64,000 nucleotides of DNA, from IMG/VR virus record IMGVR_UViG_2636415949_000001, one strand, 5' to 3'. Positions 47,135 to 56,205 of this stretch are shown piece after piece. Made by a program: the position numbers and the translations under genes. Below the pieces are notes generated by a model, which was not told the DNA's origin, did not search any database, and was given only the letters and a program-made list of their open reading frames with translations. Source of the stretch: an uncultured virus (IMG/VR IMGVR_UViG_2636415949_000001) (lineage: Duplodnaviria; Heunggongvirae; Uroviricota; Caudoviricetes). Each line of letters opens with the position of its first letter. The stretch's first letter is position 1.

Positions 47135-47806
47135 ATGAGCGAAGAACTTAAAGAAACGCAAACAAGCGAGGTTACCGATCAAACTACGGCTGAGGTGCCG
47201 GAAAATAAACCTGAAGCGCAGACGGTGACTATGACGCAAGAGGAATTTAACGCTGTAATTGCTCGCGAAAAGGGGCGCGTTAAGAACAAGTACGCTGACT
47301 ATGACGAAGTAAAGGCGAAACTCAGCGATTACGAAAAAGCCCAGAAAGAGCGAGAAGAGGCGGAAATGACCGAGCTGGAAAAGCTTACGAAACAGCTCGA
47401 CGAAAAGGCCGAAGCTGAAGCCGCCTTCGTAAAGCAGATCGAAGATTTAAAAGCGGCTGCTGAACAGGAAAAAGTGGCGAACGAATTTATCAAGGTTGCT
47501 ACGAGCAACGGCATCGCCTACATTGACGACGCTTTACGTCTGGCTGACCTATCCGCGGTAAAGGTTGAGGACGGAAAAGTAATCGGCATGGAGGACGTTG
47601 TAAAGGGGCTCGTTGACAATAAACCATACTTGGTTGCGAAACAGCAAACGCTGAAGCCGATCGGCCAACCCTCTAATAGCGGAGGAGACGGAGACGGCGG
47701 AGAAATCAAGACGTTAGAAGCGCAGCTAAGCGAAGCAAGGAAAGAAAAGAATTTTTCGAAGGTTATCGAGCTTTCAAACAAATTGAAATCACTTTTGAAG
47801 AAGTAG
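47135..47806 (+). CDS. Capsid scaffolding protein
   Basis: Acidic coiled coil TQEEFN...KYADYDE...ELEK, before the capsid gene. Confidence 0.8.
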   Translation: MSEELKETQTSEVTDQTTAEVPENKPEAQTVTMTQEEFNAVIAREKGRVKNKYADYDEVKAKLSDYEKAQKEREEAEMTELEKLTKQLDEKAEAEAAFVKQIEDLKAAAEQEKVANEFIKVATSNGIAYIDDALRLADLSAVKVEDGKVIGMEDVVKGLVDNKPYLVAKQQTLKPIGQPSNSGGDGDGGEIKTLEAQLSEARKEKNFSKVIELSNKLKSLLKK

Positions 47807-47817
47807 GGGGAAAATAA

Positions 47818-48921
47818 ATGTTAACTAGTTACGATTTTAAAGATCAGGTACGGCAGCTTGATGCGGGGATTGAACTTATTATTCAGGATGAACCAACGTT
47901 GCTTGGTCTGATCGGCTTAAACGGAGAGGCACTTTATCAGACTAAATTCGAGTGGATGTCTGACCGACTGAACTCAAACCTCGCGACTGTTAAATCGGTA
48001 GCGGAAGACGGAAAAATTACTGTGGCGGAAGATGACGGGGAGAAGTTCCGTAAAGATGCCATCGTTGTTATTGGCGAAGAGTATCTGAAAGTCACAAACG
48101 TGTCCGGCGATGTGCTGACGGTTGTTCGCGGATTTGACGGAACAGTTCAAGAGGAAATCAAGGCGGGCTCTGAGCTGCGCATCGTTTCCCGTCCGCAAAA
48201 TGAAGGCGCTGGTGTCGGTATCGATGAAGGTCATGACCGTTATGTAGATTACAACTTCACGCAAATTATCGAAAGGTATGCTGCTGTATCAAAAACCCAA
48301 CAAGCGGTCCGCACACACAATGTGACGAGTGAGCTTGACTACCAAGTAAAGCTACGTCTTAAAGAGATGGCGCGGGAATTTAACGACTGGTTGATCTATG
48401 GCCGCAGAATTGACGGTAAGCCTCGTACAACGGGTGGTCTTCTACACTTCGCTAGCTTGAAAAATGCTACTAGAGCTAACTTAAAAGGCGAAGAGGTTGG
48501 AGCTAAGGCAATTAACGATGTTATGGAACAAGTTTATTTAAGAGGCGGATCTGCTAACACGATTCTCACCAATACTGCGGGAGCTCGTCAAATTTCAAAA
48601 TTGGCGAAAGATACTATCCGCACAGAGAGAACGGACACAGTTACAGGCCACAGAGTGAGCACCTTTGTTTCTGACATGGTAGGCGGAGGCGAGGCGACTG
48701 TAATCGTCGATCCAAACTTCCCTAAGAACAAAATCGCTTTGTTTGACCGTAACATTCTCTCTCTGCATCCATTGAGCGAGCGCTCTGTCTACGACGAGGA
48801 TGCCACAGTTCCGGGAGCTGACTTTGTTGCGCGCCAGATCCGTGGCGAATACGGAATCAAGATCAAAAACGCGAACGAAAAAATCGCCATCCTTGAAAAT
48901 ATCTCGACAACTGTATCTTAA
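47818..48921 (+). CDS. Major capsid protein
   Basis: 367 aa; FEWMSD, NFTQI, GEYG motifs; strong terminator follows. Confidence 0.8.
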   Translation: MLTSYDFKDQVRQLDAGIELIIQDEPTLLGLIGLNGEALYQTKFEWMSDRLNSNLATVKSVAEDGKITVAEDDGEKFRKDAIVVIGEEYLKVTNVSGDVLTVVRGFDGTVQEEIKAGSELRIVSRPQNEGAGVGIDEGHDRYVDYNFTQIIERYAAVSKTQQAVRTHNVTSELDYQVKLRLKEMAREFNDWLIYGRRIDGKPRTTGGLLHFASLKNATRANLKGEEVGAKAINDVMEQVYLRGGSANTILTNTAGARQISKLAKDTIRTERTDTVTGHRVSTFVSDMVGGGEATVIVDPNFPKNKIALFDRNILSLHPLSERSVYDEDATVPGADFVARQIRGEYGIKIKNANEKIAILENISTTVS

Positions 48922-48929
48922 TGGAAATC

Positions 48930-48952
48930 GACGGGCTTCGGCCCGTCTTTTT
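48930..48952 (+). terminator. Intrinsic terminator after the capsid gene
   Basis: GACGGGC-TTCG-GCCCGTC-TTTTT. Confidence 0.9.
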
Positions 48953-48972
48953 AATTTGAAAGGAGGCCAACA

Positions 48973-49227
48973 ATGGCAATTACAGATGATCAGAAACGGA
49001 GATTAAATGAATCTATGCCAGTCGCCAACGATCTAAAGCTCGGCGACATAATTAAGGAATTACAGGAAGGCGGAGGCACGGCTGGTCCGAAAGGCGATAA
49101 AGGGGACACTGGACCTCAAGGACCGAAAGGCGATACCGGACCAAAAGGAGCGGACGGGTTCGGAACCAAGGCGCAGTATGACGACATCATCGCGCGGCTT
49201 AAAGCGTTAGAGGGAGCTGGCTCGTAA
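48973..49227 (+). CDS. Small collagen-like (GXY) virion protein
   Basis: GPKGDKGDTGPQGPKGDTGPKGADG. Confidence 0.8.
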   Translation: MAITDDQKRRLNESMPVANDLKLGDIIKELQEGGGTAGPKGDKGDTGPQGPKGDTGPKGADGFGTKAQYDDIIARLKALEGAGS

Positions 49228-49229
49228 TA

Positions 49230-49448
49230 ATGGCCGTCTATAAGGCTTCACCGTTTTATTCCGTAGGCACCGACCAGACGATCGTTTTCGACCATAAAGG
49301 CGTTTACGAAACCGATGTTCCGGCCGAAATTAAGCAGTTGAATGCATTATGTCCGCGATGGATTAGCTGTATTGCGTCAGACGATGAGACGGAAAAGGCG
49401 GAGGCTAAGGCGCCGAAAAAGCCTGCACGTAAGTCCTCCGGAAAATAA
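49230..49448 (+). CDS. Hypothetical head-associated protein
   Basis: RBS and position. Confidence 0.6.
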   Translation: MAVYKASPFYSVGTDQTIVFDHKGVYETDVPAEIKQLNALCPRWISCIASDDETEKAEAKAPKKPARKSSGK

Positions 49449-49462
49449 GGAGGGCTGTGCGT

Positions 49463-49849
49463 ATGGCTTTAAGCGTAGAAGCTGCAAACGAATATATTAA
49501 CCGAATGACAATCGATAACGAGGATTGGAACGACTATGACGCCGCAAAGCAGCAGCGTGTACTAAACGTAGCCGAGGACGTCTTGTCTCGAAAGTTTCGT
49601 AAGTACGTCATTCCTGACGACGCAGTTTACGAGTTTACGAATGTGCTTGCGACTGCTTATAACGATACGAACCGCCTGAATAAGCATGGTATCGCGTCTT
49701 ACTCAATCACCGGCGTCGGGTCGTTTACGTATAAGGAAACGCTTCGAGCTGACGATGAGTCTCTCATACCGAAAAAGACAATCGACCTGATCGAAGAAGC
49801 GAACGACGTAAAACTTAGCGGCCGGACCGTAAAAGCGACGGTGATGTAA
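49463..49849 (+). CDS. Head-tail adaptor protein
   Basis: SVEAANEY, GIASYSI; position. Confidence 0.65.
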   Translation: MALSVEAANEYINRMTIDNEDWNDYDAAKQQRVLNVAEDVLSRKFRKYVIPDDAVYEFTNVLATAYNDTNRLNKHGIASYSITGVGSFTYKETLRADDESLIPKKTIDLIEEANDVKLSGRTVKATVM

Positions 49850-50185
49850 TTGGCGATCATACCAATGCGTCAGACCGTGACCGTTACTCGTGCTTCAGAT
49901 GAAATAGACGTGTGGGGAAACCCTGTGAACGTCGAGCCGTTCGAAATTAAGTGCCGAATCGACGAAGGATCTACTATTGCGAATTCACGTTCTTCCGGCG
50001 TTGTGAAGAGCGAGGAAGTCGTAGCCACGGCGCGCATCTTGGTCGATAAATTAGCCGACATCAGGTATACGGATACACTCGCGTTCACGAACGAGCTGGG
50101 CGAAACTATTGAGCGTAAGCCGAAGGAAATAAATGTGAAACGGCATGTCAGCGGTAAGCCGATTCTGACCGAGGTAATCGTATGA
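49850..50185 (+). CDS. Head closure / stopper protein
   Basis: D.WGNP motif; position. Confidence 0.65.
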   Translation: MAIIPMRQTVTVTRASDEIDVWGNPVNVEPFEIKCRIDEGSTIANSRSSGVVKSEEVVATARILVDKLADIRYTDTLAFTNELGETIERKPKEINVKRHVSGKPILTEVIV

Positions 50186-50589
50186 GTTTTACGTTGGATG
50201 CTGGCGATTTTCTATCGTTGTTGGATAGCCGAGAGGCAGCCGTTGAGCAGGCAGCAAAGACAGCGATGCATGATAACACGGATGACCTCGCTAGACTTGC
50301 GCAAAATATCGCCCCGATCGATAAAGCTACGCTCCGTCGCGGCATGAAAAAGAAGGTTACGTTAAAGCGCGATAGTTTGATCGGTGAAGTATCGTTCCGG
50401 GCCGTTGATAAAGGCTTTAACTATGCGCTATGGACCCACGAAGCGGAATACAAACTCGGACCGAATTCGGCAAGTGCCGGCGACATTAGCGGCTATCCGG
50501 TCGGTAATAAATATCTGGAACGTCCGCTGAAAGGTGAATCACAGAAATATATTAATCACGTAGCAGACGCGGTGAGAAGGGAGTTGTGA
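50182..50589 (+). CDS. Neck protein (HK97 gp10-like)
   Basis: APID...LR, YA...HE, KYLERPL. Confidence 0.75.
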   Translation: MSFTLDAGDFLSLLDSREAAVEQAAKTAMHDNTDDLARLAQNIAPIDKATLRRGMKKKVTLKRDSLIGEVSFRAVDKGFNYALWTHEAEYKLGPNSASAGDISGYPVGNKYLERPLKGESQKYINHVADAVRREL

Positions 50590-50595
50590 TAATCG

Positions 50596-50997
50596 TTGAA
50601 GATAACCGAATTAATCTCGTTCATACAGTCGCGGGTTGACGGCGTTTATTACGCAAACGGATTCCCGCGGAATGCTGCAGACGAATGTACTTATGTGCGA
50701 TTTACAGGCGGATTTCCTCCGTCTCAATGGACCGGAAAGAGTCAGCCGTCGTTTCAAATAATCGTACGAGGAAAGGCAAGGGGCGACGCTGACTGCGAAG
50801 AGAAAGCGTATCAGCTTCAGGAAGCGTTAACGAATCTCCGTGAAGTGTTTATCGGTAATAGCTCAATCGTTGTTATCCGCGCGGCCAATTCGGTGCCGTT
50901 ATTTATCGGATACGACGACAATGATCGTCCCCAATACTCGTTAAATTTCGATTGTGTAGTGCGCCCTGACCGGGCGCTTTTTTTAATGCAAAAATAA
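50596..50997 (+). CDS. Tail terminator / completion protein
   Basis: FQIIVRG, GYDDNDRPQYSLNF. Confidence 0.7.
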   Translation: MKITELISFIQSRVDGVYYANGFPRNAADECTYVRFTGGFPPSQWTGKSQPSFQIIVRGKARGDADCEEKAYQLQEALTNLREVFIGNSSIVVIRAANSVPLFIGYDDNDRPQYSLNFDCVVRPDRALFLMQK

Positions 50998-51010
50998 AGG
51001 AGGAAAACGG

Positions 51011-51565
51011 ATGGCTGGAATTAAAACGATTCAAGTTCCTATCGGCCCCGCAATCGTCGAGTACGGCGAGGGTAAGGATATGGTGACGTTTGACATCACG
51101 AAGGGCGGCATCGTTTTTAAGGCGCAGATGTCTAAGCAGGATACAACGGTCGACCAATACGGTGACTCGATTGTAGGCTCACGGACAAAGGGCGGAACTT
51201 GCGAATGTACCGTACCGTTTGCGATCTATGATTTAGAAAAGATTCATAAGGCGGTTCCGAACAGTAAGTACGTGTCTGACGGAGACAAAAAGAAGCTTGT
51301 AGTCAGCGGTAAAGCCGGATATGACTTGCTGAAGGACGCGAAGCCTTTACGAATTAAGCCGACAGATCCAGAAGCGACGGCCAACGACTGGCTCACGATT
51401 CCGTTAGCTGGTGCGTCGACTGACATCGAGTATACCTATGATTCCGATAATGAGAGGATCGCTAACCTAACGTTTACCGGTTATCCGGACACGATGGGAG
51501 AGGGCGATCTTTTTATTATGGGCGATGAAACGGCCGGTACCTCTTCTGGCTCTGGTAGCGAATAA
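51011..51565 (+). CDS. Major tail (tube) protein
   Basis: IGPA.V, TKGG, VDQYG; followed by a terminator-like hairpin. Confidence 0.75.
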   Translation: MAGIKTIQVPIGPAIVEYGEGKDMVTFDITKGGIVFKAQMSKQDTTVDQYGDSIVGSRTKGGTCECTVPFAIYDLEKIHKAVPNSKYVSDGDKKKLVVSGKAGYDLLKDAKPLRIKPTDPEATANDWLTIPLAGASTDIEYTYDSDNERIANLTFTGYPDTMGEGDLFIMGDETAGTSSGSGSE

Positions 51566-51622
51566 CGAACGAAAGGCATCGTCGAGAGGCGGTGTCTTTT
51601 TAATTAACGAAAGGAGAGTCGC

Positions 51623-51994
51623 ATGAACATTTTCAAAAAGAAACAGGAGACTGATTCGATCCAGCTCGGTAAGTATCCGGTCGAGGTTGCGAAGCTCACT
51701 CCGGCCAAGTGGAAACAACTTTTCGCAGCACTCGATAAAATTCCGTTTCTAGTTCTGGAAGTCTTTAGCGCGCCTAAAACTGATTTCTACTCGTATTTAG
51801 TAAGCGCGATTGAAGTCGGTATGGATGAGATCGTCGAAATTACGGCATTATTGAGCGGCGTAGATGCCGAGTACATCCGTGAAGAAGTCGGAACGGACGA
51901 AATTATCGAGTACATCACGCTCACTGTTAAAAATAACCGTCTCGATTCGCAAGCAAAAAACGTGAAGAGCCTTCTTCCGAAACTCGAAAAGTAG
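51623..51994 (+). CDS. Tail assembly chaperone (gpG-like)
   Basis: Between tail tube and TMP; slippery A AAA AAC at 51955-51961. Confidence 0.75.
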   Translation: MNIFKKKQETDSIQLGKYPVEVAKLTPAKWKQLFAALDKIPFLVLEVFSAPKTDFYSYLVSAIEVGMDEIVEITALLSGVDAEYIREEVGTDEIIEYITLTVKNNRLDSQAKNVKSLLPKLEK

Positions 51995-52326
51995 ACGAAG
52001 AGGGCGATCCGTATACGATTGACGATTATCTGATCGAAGCGGCGATCAGTTTAGGTGTCACGCAGCATCAAATAGAAAACGAGTTTTATATGGTGGACAT
52101 ACCGAAATTTGTGCGTGCCAAGACGAAGCAAGGCGCGGTAAGGCGGATAGAAGACATTCGCGTACTTCTCGCGACGAATAGCCGGGCAAGTGAGGACGAC
52201 GAGTATAAACAGCTCATGAATACGTTGATTCGGGCGGCTGGTCTTCGTCCGGAAGTGAAATTCGACCGTGAGAAATTCGAACAACTACGGGCTTTACAGG
52301 GGAATTTTCGGAAAGGAGGTAAATAG
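51961..52326 (+). CDS. Tail chaperone -1 frameshift extension (gpT-like)
   Basis: -1 frame open from the slippery site through ORF 52090-52326. Confidence 0.7.
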   Translation, partial: REEPSSETRKVDEEGDPYTIDDYLIEAAISLGVTQHQIENEFYMVDIPKFVRAKTKQGAVRRIEDIRVLLATNSRASEDDEYKQLMNTLIRAAGLRPEVKFDREKFEQLRALQGNFRKGGK

Positions 52327-52896
52327 ATGGCCGGAACAACAGTCGGAGAAATCCGGGCGCGTCTCGTATTAGACATGGCGGACTGGTCCCGACGATCTCA
52401 GCAAGCTCGAAACGATATGGATCAAATGGGCCGTTCATCAGCGAATCTGTCGAAGCAAATGGGCCTCATCCAAAAGGCTTCGCTTGCGGTCGGAGGCGCA
52501 GTCGTAGCCGGTATCGGTGTTTCCGTTAAAAAAGCGGCTGACTTCGAGGAGGCCATGTCGCGAGTTAAAGCGATCAGCGGCGCGACCGGTCAGGACTTCG
52601 AAGACCTGAAGAATATTGCGGCTAAGATGGGCGCCGAAACTAAATATACAGCGGTAGAGGCGGCCGAGGGTCTTCAATACCTCGCGATGGCGGGTTTCAG
52701 CGTAAAAGCGCAAGTCGGATCGTTGCCGGCCGTGCTCAACTTAGCGGCAGCTTCGGGCGAAGGGCTCGGACGTTCAGCGGATATCGTTTCGAATATCATG
52801 ACCGGCTTTGGCATTAAAGCGGAAGACTCCGGGCATGCCGTTGACGTACTCGTAAAAGCGATGACGACGGCCAATACGGATCTGCCGCAATTGGGT
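52327..52896 (+). CDS. Tape measure protein, exon 1
   Basis: TP901-type TMP motifs FEEAMSRVKAISGAT, TKYTA.EAA; ends ...DLPQLG. Confidence 0.88.
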
Positions 52897-52989
52897 AAAC
52901 AAAATTGCCCGGCTGCTTGGGAACAAGCTGCGTAACACCACGTGAATTCGGTGAACTCTAAGTCACTTTAAATAATAAGTAAACGCTCA

Positions 52990-53018
52990 GTCCTTTTCTT
53001 TAAAAAGTTTCGCAGTTA
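52990..53018 (+). promoter_or_regulatory. Phage promoter motif A, copy 4 (inside the intron, before the endonuclease)
   Basis: GTCCTTT...TTCGCAGTTA with the same 19-nt offset; GAGGGG RBS follows. Confidence 0.75.
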
Positions 53019-53035
53019 AAGAGGGGGATTTTTTT

Positions 53036-53797
53036 ATGCCGAAAAAAAGAACACATGAAGAATTTTTGAAAATTGTTAATGAACGCACGGAAGGAAAATA
53101 TAGAATTCTTGGAACTTACGTGAATAATGTAACGCGTGTTAAGACCTTGTGTACAGTTTGCGGCAATGAGTTTCTACTATGCCCTAAAGATTTCATCAGA
53201 AAGAACACAGGGTGTCCTGAATGCGCTAAAGCTCGGGTAGGACTGTCAAAAAGACTAAGTCCTGCCGAATTTGAAAAGCGATTTCAGGAGATGTATGGAA
53301 ATGACTATGCGTTGCTTACTCCGTACAAAACCAGTAGGGAAAAAGTACGAGTTAGGCACAACATTTGTAGCCACGTCTTTGAGCCCTCGGCTAATAATCT
53401 ATTAACAAAAAGGAATGAATGTCCGAGGTGCTCCATTTCCCGGGGAGAAAATTTAATCGAGCGCTTTCTGGTTAAGCGGAAAATCTCTTTTAAAATCCAA
53501 TATTCATTTTCTGATTGTAAATACAAAAAACCGTTACTTTTTGATTTCGCCATTACAGAGGGCGAGAGGGTTATAGGCTTAATCGAGTTCGACGGCAGAC
53601 AACACTTTAAAGCAATTGATTTTTTCGGCGGGAAAGAAGGACTGAGATTGACTAAAATTCGAGATGGCATCAAAAACGACTACTGTGAACGGAAGCGCAT
53701 TCCGTTACTAAGGATTCCCTATTGGGATCTAAATAGGGTTGAGGTTGTAGTCTCGGAGTTTTTAAGTGATATGAGAATACCGAGCGAAGCCGCATAG
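53036..53797 (+). CDS. Intron-encoded homing endonuclease (Zn-finger repeats plus Vsr/EDxHD-like nuclease domain)
   Basis: CTVC/CPEC and HNIC/CPRC repeats; SRGE..I, FDF, IEFDGRQHF, RD..K, LLRIPY. Confidence 0.85.
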   Translation: MPKKRTHEEFLKIVNERTEGKYRILGTYVNNVTRVKTLCTVCGNEFLLCPKDFIRKNTGCPECAKARVGLSKRLSPAEFEKRFQEMYGNDYALLTPYKTSREKVRVRHNICSHVFEPSANNLLTKRNECPRCSISRGENLIERFLVKRKISFKIQYSFSDCKYKKPLLFDFAITEGERVIGLIEFDGRQHFKAIDFFGGKEGLRLTKIRDGIKNDYCERKRIPLLRIPYWDLNRVEVVVSEFLSDMRIPSEAA

Positions 53798-53970
53798 GAA
53801 ACTTGCGGAACGTGTAACGACTAGGTGAAGTAGTCTACGGCGTATTAGCTATGACGAAACACCCACGAGCGCGTGGCACCCTAACGTCTTTGGCGTGGGT
53901 GAAGATATAGTCTGAGCTTGCGGGAAACCGTAAGAACTACCGGATAAAGAGCCGGTAGGATAACAAACTG

Positions 53971-56199
53971 GATGCAATGAAATTCGTCGCCCCTGTCGCG
54001 CACTCTCTCGGATATTCAATCGAAGATACTGCGACAGCCGTTGCGAAAATGTCAGATGCCGGTATTCAGGGATCGATGGCGGGTACGGCGCTTCGTGCGT
54101 CACTCTTACACCTTACGAATCCGGTCGGTCAGTCGGCCAAAGCGATGAAAAAGTACGGAATCGAGGTAAAGGATGCCCACGGAAATCTAAAGCCGATACC
54201 CGAACTCGTCGGCCATATTTCGAAGCAGTTCGAAGGGATGACGTCGGCGCAGAAAACGGCCGCAGCGGCACAGCTCGTCGGAGTTGAAGCGGCTTCCGGA
54301 TTCGTTACGCTCTTGGGCGTGGGGGAAAAGGGACTGCGCAACTACTCGAAGACGCTGAAGGAAGCCGGCGGGACAGCGGACAAAGTAGCGAAAACGCAGA
54401 TGGATAACCTCAAAGGGTCATTCGAACAGTTTACGTCTGCGCTCGACGGCCTCGGAATTGCGATCGGTAACGAGTTTTTACCTACTTTCCGAAAAATTGT
54501 CGATACCGGTACGAAGGTGGTCGAGTTCCTTAGTGAGCTGAATCCGGGAATCATTACGACAGGCCTCGAAATGGCGGGTGCGGCGGCAGCGGTGGCGCTA
54601 GTTGCGTCTTCCATGATGAAACTCGGAATCGCAGTGCGCGGTTTGTTCGTTGCGATGGGTCCGGCCGGATGGGTGATCACCGGGCTCTCTTTATTAGCGG
54701 GAGCACTCGTCGGGGTGAAAGCGGGATACGATCAGATGAACACCGTTAGTTTAGAGGCGGCCGAGTCGAAGCAGAAGGAAATAGATTCTATCAACAGCTT
54801 AACGAAAGAGTTCGATAAACTTCAAAATAAAACGAAGCTGACTGCCGATGAATTCGTTTACTATCTCGATTTGAATGATCGAATTAAAACGGAGACGGAC
54901 GCCAATTCCATTAAACGGATGAAGGAAGAACAGGAAGAGCTGCGAAAAAAATCAGGTCTTACAAATGAAGAATTTAATCGCTACTTAGATTTAAACGATA
55001 AGGTTATCGCAAAAGCTCCGGACACTGCGGCCGCAATCAGCGAGCAAGGCAATGCCGCAGCAAAGAACACAGACGCATTAAAGCGTCTTAACAAAGAAAA
55101 AGCCGAGGAACTCCGGCTGGAACTGGAAACCCAACGGGCTAAAGCTGAGGCCAATATGTCTAAATATATAGCCGAAGAAGCGCGATTAAAAGAAAAAGTT
55201 AATGCGTTGACGAGAGAGCGATCCGATTTAGAGCAGCAGGTATCTGATCAATTACAAGTTGTGGCAGCTAAAGAGAGCGAATTGGCGGCAGCTAAAGAGG
55301 CTAAAGATACAGCACGGGTGGCAATAGCTGAAAATGAGCTCAACTTAGAGCAGACAAAGTTACAGAGATTGCGCGAGCAGTTTTCTACAAATATGGAAAA
55401 CCTGAGCTCTAAGAATCAAGAGCTCCAAAAGACCCGTGAGAACATCAATCAGCTAGATGTCGTTAATCAGAAGATGATCGACCTTGAGCTCCGTCAAGTC
55501 GGATTAAACGCCAAAAAGGGCGAAGGCGTGCGAGTGATCGATAAGGAGATTGGGCGTTTACAAGATGCGAAGGCGAATCTGAAAAATAACACGACAGCAG
55601 CCGATCGTAAAACGGATGAATATCGAAAGTCTGTTAAAGCAATTGATGACGAGATAGCAAACCTTCGTACAGCAAGAGGGCGGGTCGCGGATATTACGTC
55701 GGAAGCCCAAAGGATGAACGCTACTCTAAGTAAGGACATCACGAAACGAATCACGACAATTACTTCGGATGTTTCTATGAAGACGGAGCGTGCCGTAAGT
55801 CGGGGAAAAGGGAACGAAGGTACTTACCACACTGGCGGCGTCATCGGCCTCGGACAGATCAATAAACTTCACATCGGCGGCCTAGCGTCTCAATTTGCTA
55901 ATCCGATGAGCCACGAAGTCGATATCCGGGCCCTGCGTAACGAAATGGTGCTTACCGAAGCACAACAGGCGAATCTTATGCGAATGATTGACGCAGGCCA
56001 CACGACGGGCCTTGGAGGAGATTCCGGCTTATCGTCGGATATGCTTCGAGCGCTTAGTTCGATTGAGCAGGCGATTAAGACGAAAGGCGGCGCTTCCATA
56101 ATCGTAGATGGATACGAACTCGGCCATGTAATTGAGCCGCATATCAGCGCGATCCAACAAGACGGCCTCGATATAGAAAGTCTAAAGAGCGGGAGGTGA
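53971..56199 (+). CDS. Tape measure protein, exon 2 (spliced product about 932 aa)
   Basis: DAMKFVAP, GIQGSMAGTALR, QMDNLKGS; TM segment and long coiled coil. Confidence 0.9.
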   Translation, partial: DAMKFVAPVAHSLGYSIEDTATAVAKMSDAGIQGSMAGTALRASLLHLTNPVGQSAKAMKKYGIEVKDAHGNLKPIPELVGHISKQFEGMTSAQKTAAAAQLVGVEAASGFVTLLGVGEKGLRNYSKTLKEAGGTADKVAKTQMDNLKGSFEQFTSALDGLGIAIGNEFLPTFRKIVDTGTKVVEFLSELNPGIITTGLEMAGAAAAVALVASSMMKLGIAVRGLFVAMGPAGWVITGLSLLAGALVGVKAGYDQMNTVSLEAAESKQKEIDSINSLTKEFDKLQNKTKLTADEFVYYLDLNDRIKTETDANSIKRMKEEQEELRKKSGLTNEEFNRYLDLNDKVIAKAPDTAAAISEQGNAAAKNTDALKRLNKEKAEELRLELETQRAKAEANMSKYIAEEARLKEKVNALTRERSDLEQQVSDQLQVVAAKESELAAAKEAKDTARVAIAENELNLEQTKLQRLREQFSTNMENLSSKNQELQKTRENINQLDVVNQKMIDLELRQVGLNAKKGEGVRVIDKEIGRLQDAKANLKNNTTAADRKTDEYRKSVKAIDDEIANLRTARGRVADITSEAQRMNATLSKDITKRITTITSDVSMKTERAVSRGKGNEGTYHTGGVIGLGQINKLHIGGLASQFANPMSHEVDIRALRNEMVLTEAQQANLMRMIDAGHTTGLGGDSGLSSDMLRALSSIEQAIKTKGGASIIVDGYELGHVIEPHISAIQQDGLDIESLKSGR

Positions 56200-56205
56200 T
56201 TTCGA

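Larger units (their letters stand above)
52897..53970 (+). mobile_element. Group I intron in the tape measure gene
   Basis: Exon ends in U and intron in G; P1 TTGGGT/GCCCGG; core elements GTGTAACGACTAG and GAAGATATAGTCT; splicing restores LPQLG|DAMKFVAP. Confidence 0.9.
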
